The notes: a model not told the origin generated them from the sequence alone. Numbered from the stretch's first letter, positions 46,708 through 56,598 are shown. The stretch: DNA of 64,000 nt from an uncultured virus (IMG/VR IMGVR_UViG_2731639221_000001) (IMGVR_UViG_2731639221_000001:1-64000), one strand, 5' to 3'. A program made the numbers and translations.

Positions 46708-47120
46708 TTAAAAATCAATCAATAACAATTAAATTACAAATTATGAACAAAAAAAATTTAAAAACAGAAGAAGTTATGGAAAACAAGAAAAATAATCAGG
46801 AAGAAAATCCACAGTATTATGTGATGAATAGGTTATATGAAATTTCAGTTCCTAATGATGGATATAGCAAGCATCTCTTAGAATCAATGCGATGCTATAA
46901 TGAGCCATTTCCAGAAGGAGAAGTATTATTTGTTGAGCATCATTCAGATGATGAAGAGCGAACATGGTTTTCCTCTTGTCGGGAATCTCTTATAGCCATC
47001 AAGGAAAATAGAAAGAAACCGCTGTATGAACATTCGGATATTTCGATGACTCAATACCTCATAGAGCAAGATTATTTCAATCACATTAATTCTTTAGAGT
47101 TTGATGACTTCGATGATTAA
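46704..47120 (+). CDS. Hypothetical protein
   Basis: Shares YYVM...PFPxGE...WFSxxRESLIAxxENRK with previous gene; start uncertain. Confidence 0.6.
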   Translation: MIKNQSITIKLQIMNKKNLKTEEVMENKKNNQEENPQYYVMNRLYEISVPNDGYSKHLLESMRCYNEPFPEGEVLFVEHHSDDEERTWFSSCRESLIAIKENRKKPLYEHSDISMTQYLIEQDYFNHINSLEFDDFDD

Positions 47121-47135
47121 GTGAAAACTGGGTTG

Positions 47136-47173
47136 AGCTGGGTTAGATTAAACTAATCCAGCTTTTACTTTTT
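47136..47173 (+). terminator. Intrinsic terminator
   Basis: AGCTGGGTTAG...CTAATCCAGCT followed by T-rich tail. Confidence 0.6.
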
Positions 47174-47230
47174 ATTAAATCGGGTTTCGGTATTCAATCA
47201 GGCAACTCGCTGATAAATATTATAAAAGAT

Positions 47231-48238
47231 ATGAAATCAGTTACTCCTCTAAAATTAGACACGGTTCGGTTTGTAACTAAGACAAAATACATTTCGAATG
47301 CTAATGACGAATTGTTTAAAAATGATATAGAGATAAAAACAGGAGAATCAATATCAATGGAATACATCTCACAAATGCACAAAGATATTACACCCTTTGA
47401 GCTCAATATAAGAGCAAACTACCGTTCTAATCGAATGACTATTGAGTTTTCCTCTAAATTGCTTCTTAATGATTACCCACTGCTAATATCTGACCAGACA
47501 TTCAAACAATGCCTGTCCAATATCGAAATGCTCGGTATCTGCCAACTAGATATTAATAGCATAATCAATGATTGCTATTTCAATAAATTGCATGTAACTA
47601 AAGATATTGATTTACAACTGACCGCCGAAATACTAAACAGGCTCAATCAATGTACAGGCGACTATCGCAGATATAAATGGTACAGATATACAGATGCAAT
47701 CCTTTTTACAAGAAATGTCAAAGCCGAGGATTGTCGGGAGTCTATTAGCATTTATAATAAAGAAGTAGAGATCAATCTTTCTCGAAACAAGCCATTTTTG
47801 AATAAAACAGACAATTCAACATCCATCCTTGATTATTTCCAAGGTAAGACCCGTTTTGAGGTCAAACTTGAAAATAAACGTAAGATACAAAAGGAATTAA
47901 GCATTGAGAATACAGACTATCAATCCGTAATGAATGCTTCCAAGAATATCATCCTTACCCAATTTGACAAAATATTCACTTCGAACATTCCTCAATCCGA
48001 TACCATGCAAATTAATAACATAGTTGATTATGGTCTATGGTGTATTATCCGTTATCACAACTTCAATTTGAAGAGCATCGAACAGGAAATCAAAGACATG
48101 AAACTTTATGAAGATAAGACCAAAGGAGCGATGGGCAAACAAATGAAAAAAATACGGGCAATGATGCAGGCTTACCTTAATCAAAATCATGATGCGGACA
48201 CAATTATTGAAGGTATTAGAGAGAAACTAAAAGAATAA
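47231..48238 (+). CDS. Rep_trans/gpII-like replication initiator or relaxase
   Basis: LDTV, LHVTKD, IYNK (candidate catalytic Tyr), TRFE. Confidence 0.55.
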   Translation: MKSVTPLKLDTVRFVTKTKYISNANDELFKNDIEIKTGESISMEYISQMHKDITPFELNIRANYRSNRMTIEFSSKLLLNDYPLLISDQTFKQCLSNIEMLGICQLDINSIINDCYFNKLHVTKDIDLQLTAEILNRLNQCTGDYRRYKWYRYTDAILFTRNVKAEDCRESISIYNKEVEINLSRNKPFLNKTDNSTSILDYFQGKTRFEVKLENKRKIQKELSIENTDYQSVMNASKNIILTQFDKIFTSNIPQSDTMQINNIVDYGLWCIIRYHNFNLKSIEQEIKDMKLYEDKTKGAMGKQMKKIRAMMQAYLNQNHDADTIIEGIREKLKE

Positions 48239-48247
48239 ATTACTACC

Positions 48248-48283
48248 ACGACACAAAATGACGTAGCAATTATCTTATATTTG
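48248..48283 (+). promoter_or_regulatory. WYL-type operator + promoter 1
   Basis: ACGAC-N7-GACGTAG, 9 nt, TATATTTG. Confidence 0.7.
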
Positions 48284-48378
48284 CCAAAGCAATTGATATT
48301 TCGTTTCTTTCAAATAATCTTACGGAGGAATAGTCTCTTTTATCAGTACGGAACGATTTTTGAAAACCTATTGTAAAT

Positions 48379-49287
48379 ATGGCAACAAAGAATAATATAA
48401 GAAGAAACTACCTCATTATTAAGCGGATTATGCAGGGCGATACTCCAAGTATGGAAATCATTCGAAGGTATCTTGAAGCTCACGATTGCTTGATAACCCC
48501 TCGAACCTTGCAACGGGATATAGCCTCTATACGAGCGGATTTAGATGTAGATATAATATACGATAGTGAAAAGAACGGTTATTTTATTAATACCGATAGC
48601 TCTCTCGATCTACCTAAGATACTTTACTTTATCAATCTATCCGAAAGTTCTGATATTATTTTACAAAGCCTAAAGGATAAGAAAGATATTTTGCAATACC
48701 TATCCATCAGCCCCAATACCGAATTTAAAGGAATTGAGCATTTGGGTACTCTCTTGCAAGCCATCCGAAGCAATCTTGTAATCCAATATCAGCATCTTAA
48801 TTATGAGAAGCAAACCAACAAAACCTATATAGCAGAACCCTATCTGCTGAAAGAATTTACAGGGCGATGGTATCTGTTTGCCTACATAAGAGAGAAAGGA
48901 GCATTCCGCACTTTTGGACTAGACCGAATTTCCAAACTGACTCTTACCAATACCCGATTTGAACGGGAGAGGCAATTAGCTGAAACAGCAAGCAAGTTCG
49001 ACAATGTTTTTGGATTGGTATATGAGCCAGAACAAAATATCAACGCTCCGATTGAAGAAGTACAACTTCGGTTCTCTCAATTAATGATAAATCATTTGTC
49101 TGCCCTGCCATTACACAAAAGCCAACAAATAAACGAAGATGTAGTAAACTTGCAAATCATTATCAATCCCGAAATAGAAAATAAGATACTTAGCTATGGG
49201 GAACATGTAGAAGTGCTGTCTCCTCAATCCTTGCGAGAGAAGATAAAAGAACGATTGGCGGAAACCCTCAAAAAATACGACCAATGA
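48379..49287 (+). CDS. HTH-WYL(-WCX) transcriptional regulator
   Basis: RTLQRDI, EPYLL, WYL, RTFGLDRI, VEVLSPQSLR. Confidence 0.92.
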   Translation: MATKNNIRRNYLIIKRIMQGDTPSMEIIRRYLEAHDCLITPRTLQRDIASIRADLDVDIIYDSEKNGYFINTDSSLDLPKILYFINLSESSDIILQSLKDKKDILQYLSISPNTEFKGIEHLGTLLQAIRSNLVIQYQHLNYEKQTNKTYIAEPYLLKEFTGRWYLFAYIREKGAFRTFGLDRISKLTLTNTRFERERQLAETASKFDNVFGLVYEPEQNINAPIEEVQLRFSQLMINHLSALPLHKSQQINEDVVNLQIIINPEIENKILSYGEHVEVLSPQSLREKIKERLAETLKKYDQ

Positions 49288-49982
49288 AAATTTGTGTGAT
49301 AAGTGACATACATGGCTCTACCTTGTGGGAAACAATCGTTGACAGAGAATACGATAATGTTGATAGATTCATCTTCTTGGGCGACTATCTGGATGCCAAA
49401 TACGAACAATCCTCTCCAAGCCAGCAAGTAGAGAATTTGGAACATATAGTAGAATTTAAAGAGGAATTTCAATCGGTGGATTTATTGATTGGGAATCATG
49501 ATTTACAATATGTTGGAGGAGAGAAGGTAGACTTCAACTCTAAAACTTACGAATTGGTAAAGCCTTATCTTACTTTCCTTATAGAAAGAGGGATGCTCCA
49601 AGTAATTACCCAATATGATAATTATCTGTTCTCTCATGCTGGGCTTAGTTCGGTTTGGATGAAAAAGAAAGGTATAAACAGTGAATCAGAAATTAATCAA
49701 AGATTTAAAGAGAATCCTTTGTTTGTTGATTATGTAAGTAAATCGAATTCAGACAATAGCGGAGATAATGATTATCAAAGTCCTCTGTGGATACGTCCTG
49801 CTTCTCTTGGAGATTCAGCCTATGGAAATAATATTCAAGTGATTGGACATAATAGATTAGAATCAGGGCAGATAGAAATAGTCCATGATAAAAATAGAAA
49901 ATTCATACTCACAGATACAGGAATGAAACAGTATTTAATCATAGACACTGAATCGGGAAAAGAAGAGATACTGAATATATGA
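49284..49982 (+). CDS. Calcineurin-like metallophosphoesterase
   Basis: SDIHG, GDYLD, GNHD, SHAG, GH; ATGA-coupled to WYL. Confidence 0.9.
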   Translation: MKICVISDIHGSTLWETIVDREYDNVDRFIFLGDYLDAKYEQSSPSQQVENLEHIVEFKEEFQSVDLLIGNHDLQYVGGEKVDFNSKTYELVKPYLTFLIERGMLQVITQYDNYLFSHAGLSSVWMKKKGINSESEINQRFKENPLFVDYVSKSNSDNSGDNDYQSPLWIRPASLGDSAYGNNIQVIGHNRLESGQIEIVHDKNRKFILTDTGMKQYLIIDTESGKEEILNI

Positions 49983-50013
49983 TAGTATAAAAGAAAATAT
50001 AAGAATCAACAGC

Positions 50014-50045
50014 GACCGTTACAGCAATGTAGCGGTTATTTTTTT
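50014..50045 (+). terminator. Intrinsic terminator, similar to 52549-52582
   Basis: GACCGTTACA-GCAA-TGTAGCGGTT followed by ATTTTTTT. Confidence 0.75.
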
Positions 50046-50082
50046 GCCTAAAATGAAAGAAATCAGAAATAATATCAGAGCA

Positions 50083-50118
50083 CCGACCGAATTTGTCGTA
50101 GCCACTATCTTAGATTTG
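50083..50118 (+). promoter_or_regulatory. WYL-type operator + promoter 2
   Basis: CCGAC-N7-GTCGTAG, 9 nt, TAGATTTG. Confidence 0.7.
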
Positions 50119-50132
50119 CTCAAAAATAAGAT

Positions 50133-50369
50133 TTAAGGGTTATCGGTATCAATAGGTGGGAAAAGATCAGAAACAGGACAATCAAACCATTTAGCTATAG
50201 TATAGACTTGATGTACGCTGTATCTGATGTTGTATTTTTCAGATTCCACTTGTCCGATAAAACCGTCAGAGCAACCAAGAATCTCAGCTAATCCCCTTTG
50301 GGATATATTGAGCTCCTTGCGTTTCTCCCGAATCTTATTAATGACGAACAAATCAACTTCTGATTTCAT
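50133..50369 (-). CDS. XRE-family HTH regulator
   Basis: IREKRKELNISQRGLAEILG. Confidence 0.85.
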   Translation of the reverse strand: MKSEVDLFVINKIREKRKELNISQRGLAEILGCSDGFIGQVESEKYNIRYSVHQVYTIAKWFDCPVSDLFPPIDTDNP

Positions 50370-50461
50370 AAAACCTTGAAAAATATAAGATAAAGTAACA
50401 AAAAGGTTTTATCTTCGTGCTTAGTTAAACTAAGTAAACGGGTCAGATAATAACTAAGATA

Positions 50462-51112
50462 ATGGCAAAAAAAGTGACTAAAGGGAATTGGGTATATGAG
50501 TATGAATCAGTACCAAAGTACAGATTACAATACGATTATGAACTAACAGATGTAAGGTATATTCTTGGTGAAATGTTTAATATGGAAATAAAGAAAACAT
50601 TAATTTGTATAGGTATAAATCCAAGTACGGCAATGCCCGAGAACTTAGACCCAACACTTACTCGTGTACGGAATTATGCCAAACAAAGTGGAGAATATGG
50701 CTCTTGGTATATGCTGAATGTTTATCCGCAAAGGGCTACTGATCCCGAAGATATGCACAAAGACATGACCTATGACAAGGATATACACGCCCAGAATATT
50801 AAATCTATTACCGCTCTACTAGGCACACTTTCAGATATTGATGTGTGGTGTGCTTGGGGAGCGACAATGAATGATAAAAAGCGAAATTTTCTCTCGGAAT
50901 TATTCTATGGAAACAGTGAGCGGAATATTACAGGCTTAATAAGCTTATTTGATGCCAGTCATACCATATTCAAGGCTTATGGAGTTACAAAGAAAGGTTA
51001 TCCGTCTCATCCTCTTGTGATGCCCAAAGATGCAGTACTAAAAGATATTAACGCTATACCTCAATTGCAGTCGCTCTATGAGAGAATAAAAGAATCAATC
51101 AAACAGAAATAA
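50462..51112 (+). CDS. DUF1643 protein
   Basis: IGINPSTA, DPT, NVYPQRATDP, CAWG, PSHPL. Confidence 0.85.
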   Translation: MAKKVTKGNWVYEYESVPKYRLQYDYELTDVRYILGEMFNMEIKKTLICIGINPSTAMPENLDPTLTRVRNYAKQSGEYGSWYMLNVYPQRATDPEDMHKDMTYDKDIHAQNIKSITALLGTLSDIDVWCAWGATMNDKKRNFLSELFYGNSERNITGLISLFDASHTIFKAYGVTKKGYPSHPLVMPKDAVLKDINAIPQLQSLYERIKESIKQK

Positions 51113-51127
51113 TTAAACAACAGAAAA

Positions 51128-52525
51128 ATGAAGAAATTAAGTTTATTAATGATGCTGTTCGCCCTATTGTTAACGGCTTGTAGCGACAGTGAGAATGAAG
51201 ACCCGAATGGTGGCGGTAAAGGGAACAATAAGGGGAATATCGTAGGTCTGAATATTAAAGATGCCAAGTTGATTTATGGAGTGGAAAAAGCTTCTGCCAA
51301 ATCAATGCTGAAATCATCTGGTTCATCTACCTATTTTCGACAAGTAACAAAAGAAAATCAAAATCTTTCAGTAAATTGGATTACAGAAAGCGGAGATACA
51401 ACTTCGGTAATTGCAATAGAAGCAATGGCGAATTTAAATGAAGAGTATATTATCATTAATACAAATAGTACACTTGATGACCCAGATCAAAAATTTACAT
51501 ATTACATTAGTTATATCGTTAATAAAAATACAGGTGTTATATTAAATCCAAAAGACCCAATTAGTGGAATAGATTTAATTAACACAAACGATTACACTTC
51601 TTACTATGATAAAGAAAGATATTGTTATGTAAAAGCTGTTGCAGAATTATTGAAAATTGACTTACAATCTTATAATGTAGAACAAATTTTTAAAGATACA
51701 GATGATGTAAAAATTCTATCTAATGGCTCATATTTTGTTCATATGGTAAATGGTCAACACAAATATGGAAGTTTCCGATTGAATGAAGTTAACGAATTAT
51801 CTGAAATGGAACGATATAAAGGATGGGATAATTACATTCCAGTTTATAGTGTTGTTGACGATATTATCAATATAATTTGCAGTAAGAAAAATTCTGATGG
51901 AACTACAACATATTCAATATTTTATTTTTCTGGTGGCGAAAATCCAGCCGAATATGGCTTTAGTGATCAATTTGATAATCCAAACCTAAGATTTTCATCA
52001 AATTTTGAATTACCACCAAATATACCAATAGGTTTCGTAATAGCTCCAATATCTGTTAATACATCAAAAACTAGTCAAATAATTTATATTGGAACGCCTG
52101 ATGGCAAAAATGGAATATTGATATCTTTTGATTACAATAATCTAAAACAAATTTCTAATGATTTAATAAGTGGATTTATAAGCGGAGAACCTCAATATGG
52201 CGGTGGTTTATACAAAGGTGGTTCATACCCAAATATGGCTACAAATTCAACTGCATCATTTAATTCTAAGAGTAATGGCGACTTGATAATCACCGAATTT
52301 AGTACAATGACCCAAAAAACAGTAAAAGATGCACAAGGTTATAAAATTGCTGCAATAATTGGGAAATATAAAGATAGTAAGCCAATTACGTTTATTGGAA
52401 ATAATTGGGAAAAGAGAAAACAATGTATAGGTACTATCGATTCGAAAGGTAATGCAGAAATACTTCAAGAATTTAGTTATAATGATAACGAATCAATGAA
52501 TGGTTTCTTAATGGAACTGAATTAA
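51128..52525 (+). CDS. Lipoprotein
   Basis: Lipobox LLTAC-SDSE; 465 aa beta-rich composition. Confidence 0.75.
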   Translation: MKKLSLLMMLFALLLTACSDSENEDPNGGGKGNNKGNIVGLNIKDAKLIYGVEKASAKSMLKSSGSSTYFRQVTKENQNLSVNWITESGDTTSVIAIEAMANLNEEYIIINTNSTLDDPDQKFTYYISYIVNKNTGVILNPKDPISGIDLINTNDYTSYYDKERYCYVKAVAELLKIDLQSYNVEQIFKDTDDVKILSNGSYFVHMVNGQHKYGSFRLNEVNELSEMERYKGWDNYIPVYSVVDDIINIICSKKNSDGTTTYSIFYFSGGENPAEYGFSDQFDNPNLRFSSNFELPPNIPIGFVIAPISVNTSKTSQIIYIGTPDGKNGILISFDYNNLKQISNDLISGFISGEPQYGGGLYKGGSYPNMATNSTASFNSKSNGDLIITEFSTMTQKTVKDAQGYKIAAIIGKYKDSKPITFIGNNWEKRKQCIGTIDSKGNAEILQEFSYNDNESMNGFLMELN

Positions 52526-52548
52526 TTATTTTCTTTTAAAAGAGCAAA

Positions 52549-52582
52549 GACCGTTACATTCAGTTGTAACGGTTATTTTTTT
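52549..52582 (+). terminator. Intrinsic terminator
   Basis: GACCGTTACA-TTCAGT-TGTAACGGTT followed by ATTTTTTT. Confidence 0.75.
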
Positions 52583-52600
52583 GCCAAATAATCAGTAACA

Positions 52601-52636
52601 ACGACAGAAAATGACGTATAACAGGTTGCATCTTTG
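52601..52636 (+). promoter_or_regulatory. WYL-type operator + promoter 3
   Basis: ACGAC-N7-GACGTAT, 9 nt, CATCTTTG. Confidence 0.65.
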
Positions 52637-52652
52637 GGATTTAATTAACAAC

Positions 52653-52988
52653 ATGGAAAATAAGAATTACTTCAAAATCAAAATAATAGATATGATTAGA
52701 GGCGATTTAATGATTATAACATTGGACTATACCCGTCTAACAGCCATCGGAATACAGAAAGTAATTCCTATCTGTACCCAAATAGTTACCAATGGTAATA
52801 ACAAACTGCTATTCTTGGGTAGCAAAGATTCCAAACTGGAATTAGAGCCACTCTATAATATCGCCGTATTAGCTCAATCCATTTTAGGAGGAAATCTTGT
52901 TTGGGATATTATAGACGAATTGCCGAAACTTGGGGAACCGCAAGACTTGGGTGGTTATCTGATACTAAATAGCCCAACTGATAGATAA
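52653..52988 (+). CDS. Hypothetical protein
   Basis: Start moved to ATG 52653 below the promoter. Confidence 0.55.
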   Translation: MENKNYFKIKIIDMIRGDLMIITLDYTRLTAIGIQKVIPICTQIVTNGNNKLLFLGSKDSKLELEPLYNIAVLAQSILGGNLVWDIIDELPKLGEPQDLGGYLILNSPTDR

Positions 52989-53023
52989 TTAAAGAATTGT
53001 ATAATCATTTAAATAAATTGAAT

Positions 53024-53353
53024 ATGAGAAAGTTAAAGGTTTATGAACCTAAAGAAATCAAAACAGTGTATATATCAGGGCGAATAACAGGCATACCTTT
53101 AAGCGAAGCCAAGAGGAATTTCGAGGAAGCCGAAGCCTTGTTATTGGAAAAAGGATATATTCCTGTAAATCCTATGAAAAATAACCACGATCCAGATACC
53201 AAAGGCTGGATAGACCATATGTTAGAGGACATCGGAGGACTGATGCGTTGTGACGGTATCTTTATGCTCAATAATTGGCAACAATCCAAAGGGGCTCGAA
53301 TAGAGCATTATATAGCTGTCGAAATGGACATTACTGTCATTACTAAGCTTTAA
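53024..53353 (+). CDS. DUF4406 (nucleoside deoxyribosyltransferase-like) protein
   Basis: VYISGRITG, VNP, CDGIFMLNNWQQSKGARIE. Confidence 0.85.
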   Translation: MRKLKVYEPKEIKTVYISGRITGIPLSEAKRNFEEAEALLLEKGYIPVNPMKNNHDPDTKGWIDHMLEDIGGLMRCDGIFMLNNWQQSKGARIEHYIAVEMDITVITKL

Positions 53354-53548
53354 TAAGTAAGCTGTGAATGAATTGGTATTAATATGAAATAAACATCTGA
53401 CTCTCAATTATTATCAATATGACGAAGCGTCATAGTCTGACTTCAAGGCTATGACGCTTTTATGTAAAGATATGACAACTCGTCTAATTGAAATCCAACG
53501 GAATAACTCTTGAAAATATTATTGAATATCAATTAAAATCAATAAGAC

Positions 53549-53866
53549 ATGAACAAAAAAGAGTTAGTGAATGCTGTTTCTGAAATAACAGGAATCAGCA
53601 AAAACGACACGAGAAAGACATTTGAAGCCATTATAGAGGCTATCAGTGCAGAAATGCAGAACAATGGCAATGTTATCATTCTTGGGTTTGGAACGTTCTC
53701 TGTGAAGGACAAGGCTGCCCGAATGAGTATACACCCACAAACAATGCAACCATTGGAACTGCCAGCAAAGAAAGTAGTTCGCTTTAAACCAAGTGTCTAT
53801 TTAAACAATCTTCTCGTCCAAAAGAAGAAGAGAGGCAGACCAAGAATCGAAAAAGTAGTAGGGTAA
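53549..53866 (+). CDS. HU-family DNA-binding protein with AT-hook-like tail
   Basis: MNKKELV, GFGTFSV, RFKPS; C-terminal KKKRGRPR. Confidence 0.9.
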   Translation: MNKKELVNAVSEITGISKNDTRKTFEAIIEAISAEMQNNGNVIILGFGTFSVKDKAARMSIHPQTMQPLELPAKKVVRFKPSVYLNNLLVQKKKRGRPRIEKVVG

Positions 53867-53930
53867 TAATAGATATTTATATGAAATTTCCCGTTGTTAT
53901 TATAGACAACGGGGATAAAATTATTGATAT

Positions 53931-54539
53931 CTATAAGTCTAAGACAATAGGCTCATTTACCAAATTATAATTTTCGTCTAATACACTACCATTTATAAAT
54001 GTGGTGCTAGTAGCTTTTTGGAGACCATAGCACTCGTGAATATGTCCGAATAGATGATATTGGGGCTTGTTTTTTTTAACTCGTTGTTGTAAATCTTCAT
54101 CCCCCATATTTGCCCCCAAGGTTGATTTATCTAAAATTCCCAATGGAGGGTTGTGTGTAATTAAAATATCAGTGTTAAATGGGATTTCGGCAATCTGTTG
54201 AGGAAGAAATCCATTAATATCATCCGAAAGAAAAAATGGAATGCCCCATATTTTTATATTTTCAATGGTTACGCCACTATTACAGAGATAAAAGCAGTTT
54301 TTGGGTAAAAAGCGTTGAATAGTTTCTGTCTCTTTCTCCTCCAAACAAAAATCATGATTACCACCAATGAATATTTTATATTTGTAATCTAACGAACCGA
54401 ACCATTCAACAAAATCAGTAACTTCTTCTACTGTTCCACCCCAAGTTATGTCGCCAGCATGAATAAGCATATCAGCTTGAGGCAGATTTTGTAATTCATG
54501 GTGCTTTCCATGTGTGTCGGACATGAATAATATTCTCAT
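53931..54539 (-). CDS. Metallophosphoesterase (MPPED-like)
   Basis: SDTHG, HAGD, GNHD, ITHNPP, FGHIHE. Confidence 0.9.
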   Translation of the reverse strand: MRILFMSDTHGKHHELQNLPQADMLIHAGDITWGGTVEEVTDFVEWFGSLDYKYKIFIGGNHDFCLEEKETETIQRFLPKNCFYLCNSGVTIENIKIWGIPFFLSDDINGFLPQQIAEIPFNTDILITHNPPLGILDKSTLGANMGDEDLQQRVKKNKPQYHLFGHIHECYGLQKATSTTFINGSVLDENYNLVNEPIVLDL

Positions 54540-54603
54540 AACTTCTAGTTTTTATTCTACAAAACTAATGGAAATATCAGAAATATTAAGCAGTTATGTA
54601 AAA

Positions 54604-54894
54604 TTAGACATTCACTTTTATAAGGGCTGCTTCTACCTCTTTCATATTAAACAGAGACCGTCTGCCCATTTTATGGCAAATAAAGACACCAGCGTTAACG
54701 TATCTATGTAACGTAGCATAAGAAATATGGAGATGGGCACAAACTTCGGCTCTTGTAAACAAAGCGTCTTTTGTTGATTTCTTACTCAATTCTTCTTTTC
54801 CATTCAGTTCATCTTTGACAATCTTTCGAACGATGGAGCTAATTTCTTTCATAAAATCCTCCATATCGTTGATAATGATAATTTCTTTTTTCAT
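54604..54894 (-). CDS. Excisionase-like HTH protein
   Basis: FTRAEVCAHLHISYATLHRY. Confidence 0.8.
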   Translation of the reverse strand: MKKEIIIINDMEDFMKEISSIVRKIVKDELNGKEELSKKSTKDALFTRAEVCAHLHISYATLHRYVNAGVFICHKMGRRSLFNMKEVEAALIKVNV

Positions 54895-54911
54895 AACTGT
54901 AATTTTTACAA

Positions 54912-54947
54912 CAAAAAAATGGATTATCTGATTAAGGATAATCCATT
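54912..54947 (-). terminator. Terminator between island integrase and xis
   Basis: AATGGATTATC...GATAATCCATT with an A run on its left. Confidence 0.65.
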
Positions 54948-54969
54948 GAATTATAATAGATTTTGATTT

Positions 54970-56322
54970 TTAGCTAAAGAATGAGTGAGATAATAAAGAC
55001 AGAGCATTTTCTTCTTTCGATACCCGAATATATCGCATAAAAGACGATTCTGTCTTGTGACCTGTAATTTGCATGATAGCTATACTTTGAAGACCACTTA
55101 AGTGAGCATTTGTCGCAAAACTTCTTCGAGCCGTATGAGAAGTTACCAGTTCACATTTCTCGTATGTCTGCTCTTTTTTGATTCCGCCTTTTGTTTCCAT
55201 TACGGAGATAAGGTCTGTAATATCAGCCATACGACACAGTTTTTTTATCATACGATTGGTTGATTGATTACATTGTATCGTAGGTGGTTGATTATTATGT
55301 TTTCTGAAAATCGCTTCAACTTTTGGATGAATTGGAATAACAACAGGTGCATTTGTTTTTTGAGTAACGATAGATATAATTTTCCGTTCAAAATTGATGT
55401 GCTTTTCTTCTAATCGAGCCAAGTCGCTGTATCGAAGCCCTGTATAGCAACTAACATAAAAACCATCTCGAACATGGGCTTGGCTCTCTGGCAATTCCAA
55501 ATCATATAGTGCATCAAGTTCTGTTTCTGTCAAATAAACGGTCTCAACATCTTCTTTATAAACCTTGAATTCCCGTTTCTTGTAATCATCATTAGTTGTG
55601 TAATCATTTTCATAGGCATACCGCATAAAAACCTTTATATTCTTAATGAATTTTCCGACAACATTAGGTCTGTACTGTCCCCTTGCATGCGTTGCTTCAT
55701 TCAGGAACTTGATAAAATCATTGTAAAATTCAACAGTAATAGATTCAAATCTGAGTTTAACTCTACGATTAGTTGAATACCTTTTCAATGCACTTTGAGT
55801 TGACAGGTAGTTTCTGATTGAGCCATCAACTAATTTTCCGCCTTTGTTGTTGAGAATAGAACCCTCTCGACACAATGCTATGTAATAATCAATGAATGAG
55901 TGAAAATCAGTAAAAATGCGTTTTTCTGTATTTTCAGAACGATTTAATTCTTTCTTTAGTTTTTCCCGAACCAAATCTGTAGTAGGACGTATATCTCTGA
56001 GCTTGAAATCTTCCATGACCTTAATCAGAGCATTGGTCGTTTTCTCAATCTCTTTGTTTACATTCCGTAAGATAGTTTGTAATTGAGGATTGCCTTTCAA
56101 ATCGGGATTATGTTTAGAATCTTCGATAGCTTTACCAGCCTCTTTATCCCAATGATTGGGACTAACCTTGTAATCGGATGGAAGGTAAAAAGTTAATCGG
56201 CTTCCATTTACATTAATTCGAACACGGACAAGGGAACACTCCTGTGTAGCATTCTTTAGAGAAAACCGCATGTTGTTTTTGGTGTAAACGGTATTCTTTA
56301 AATCTTTCAGTTTCAATCTCAT
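54970..56322 (-). CDS. int: Island tyrosine integrase
   Basis: YTGLRYSD, HTARRSFAT, GHK, YI; start uncertain. Confidence 0.93.
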   Translation of the reverse strand: MRLKLKDLKNTVYTKNNMRFSLKNATQECSLVRVRINVNGSRLTFYLPSDYKVSPNHWDKEAGKAIEDSKHNPDLKGNPQLQTILRNVNKEIEKTTNALIKVMEDFKLRDIRPTTDLVREKLKKELNRSENTEKRIFTDFHSFIDYYIALCREGSILNNKGGKLVDGSIRNYLSTQSALKRYSTNRRVKLRFESITVEFYNDFIKFLNEATHARGQYRPNVVGKFIKNIKVFMRYAYENDYTTNDDYKKREFKVYKEDVETVYLTETELDALYDLELPESQAHVRDGFYVSCYTGLRYSDLARLEEKHINFERKIISIVTQKTNAPVVIPIHPKVEAIFRKHNNQPPTIQCNQSTNRMIKKLCRMADITDLISVMETKGGIKKEQTYEKCELVTSHTARRSFATNAHLSGLQSIAIMQITGHKTESSFMRYIRVSKEENALSLLSHSFFS

Positions 56323-56598
56323 TGTAAAAAAATTTTAAGTTATTCAATAACTTATTTTCAAGAGCCGTTCCGTGCTTGTTAGACTTGAACTCAATATTTA
56401 GAGTTATTTGCCAAAAATAAAGCATCAAAATATGACAGCTAGTCATGGGCTCTCGTCATGAATACCTTTGATAAACAAAAGTAGCTAAATAGACACTACC
56501 CATTAGTATAAAAAACTAAATTCTACGCATAAAAGTTAAAAATGAAAGAAAATGATTATATTTATAGCTTAATCTAAATCGAAGAAACAGACTTATAT

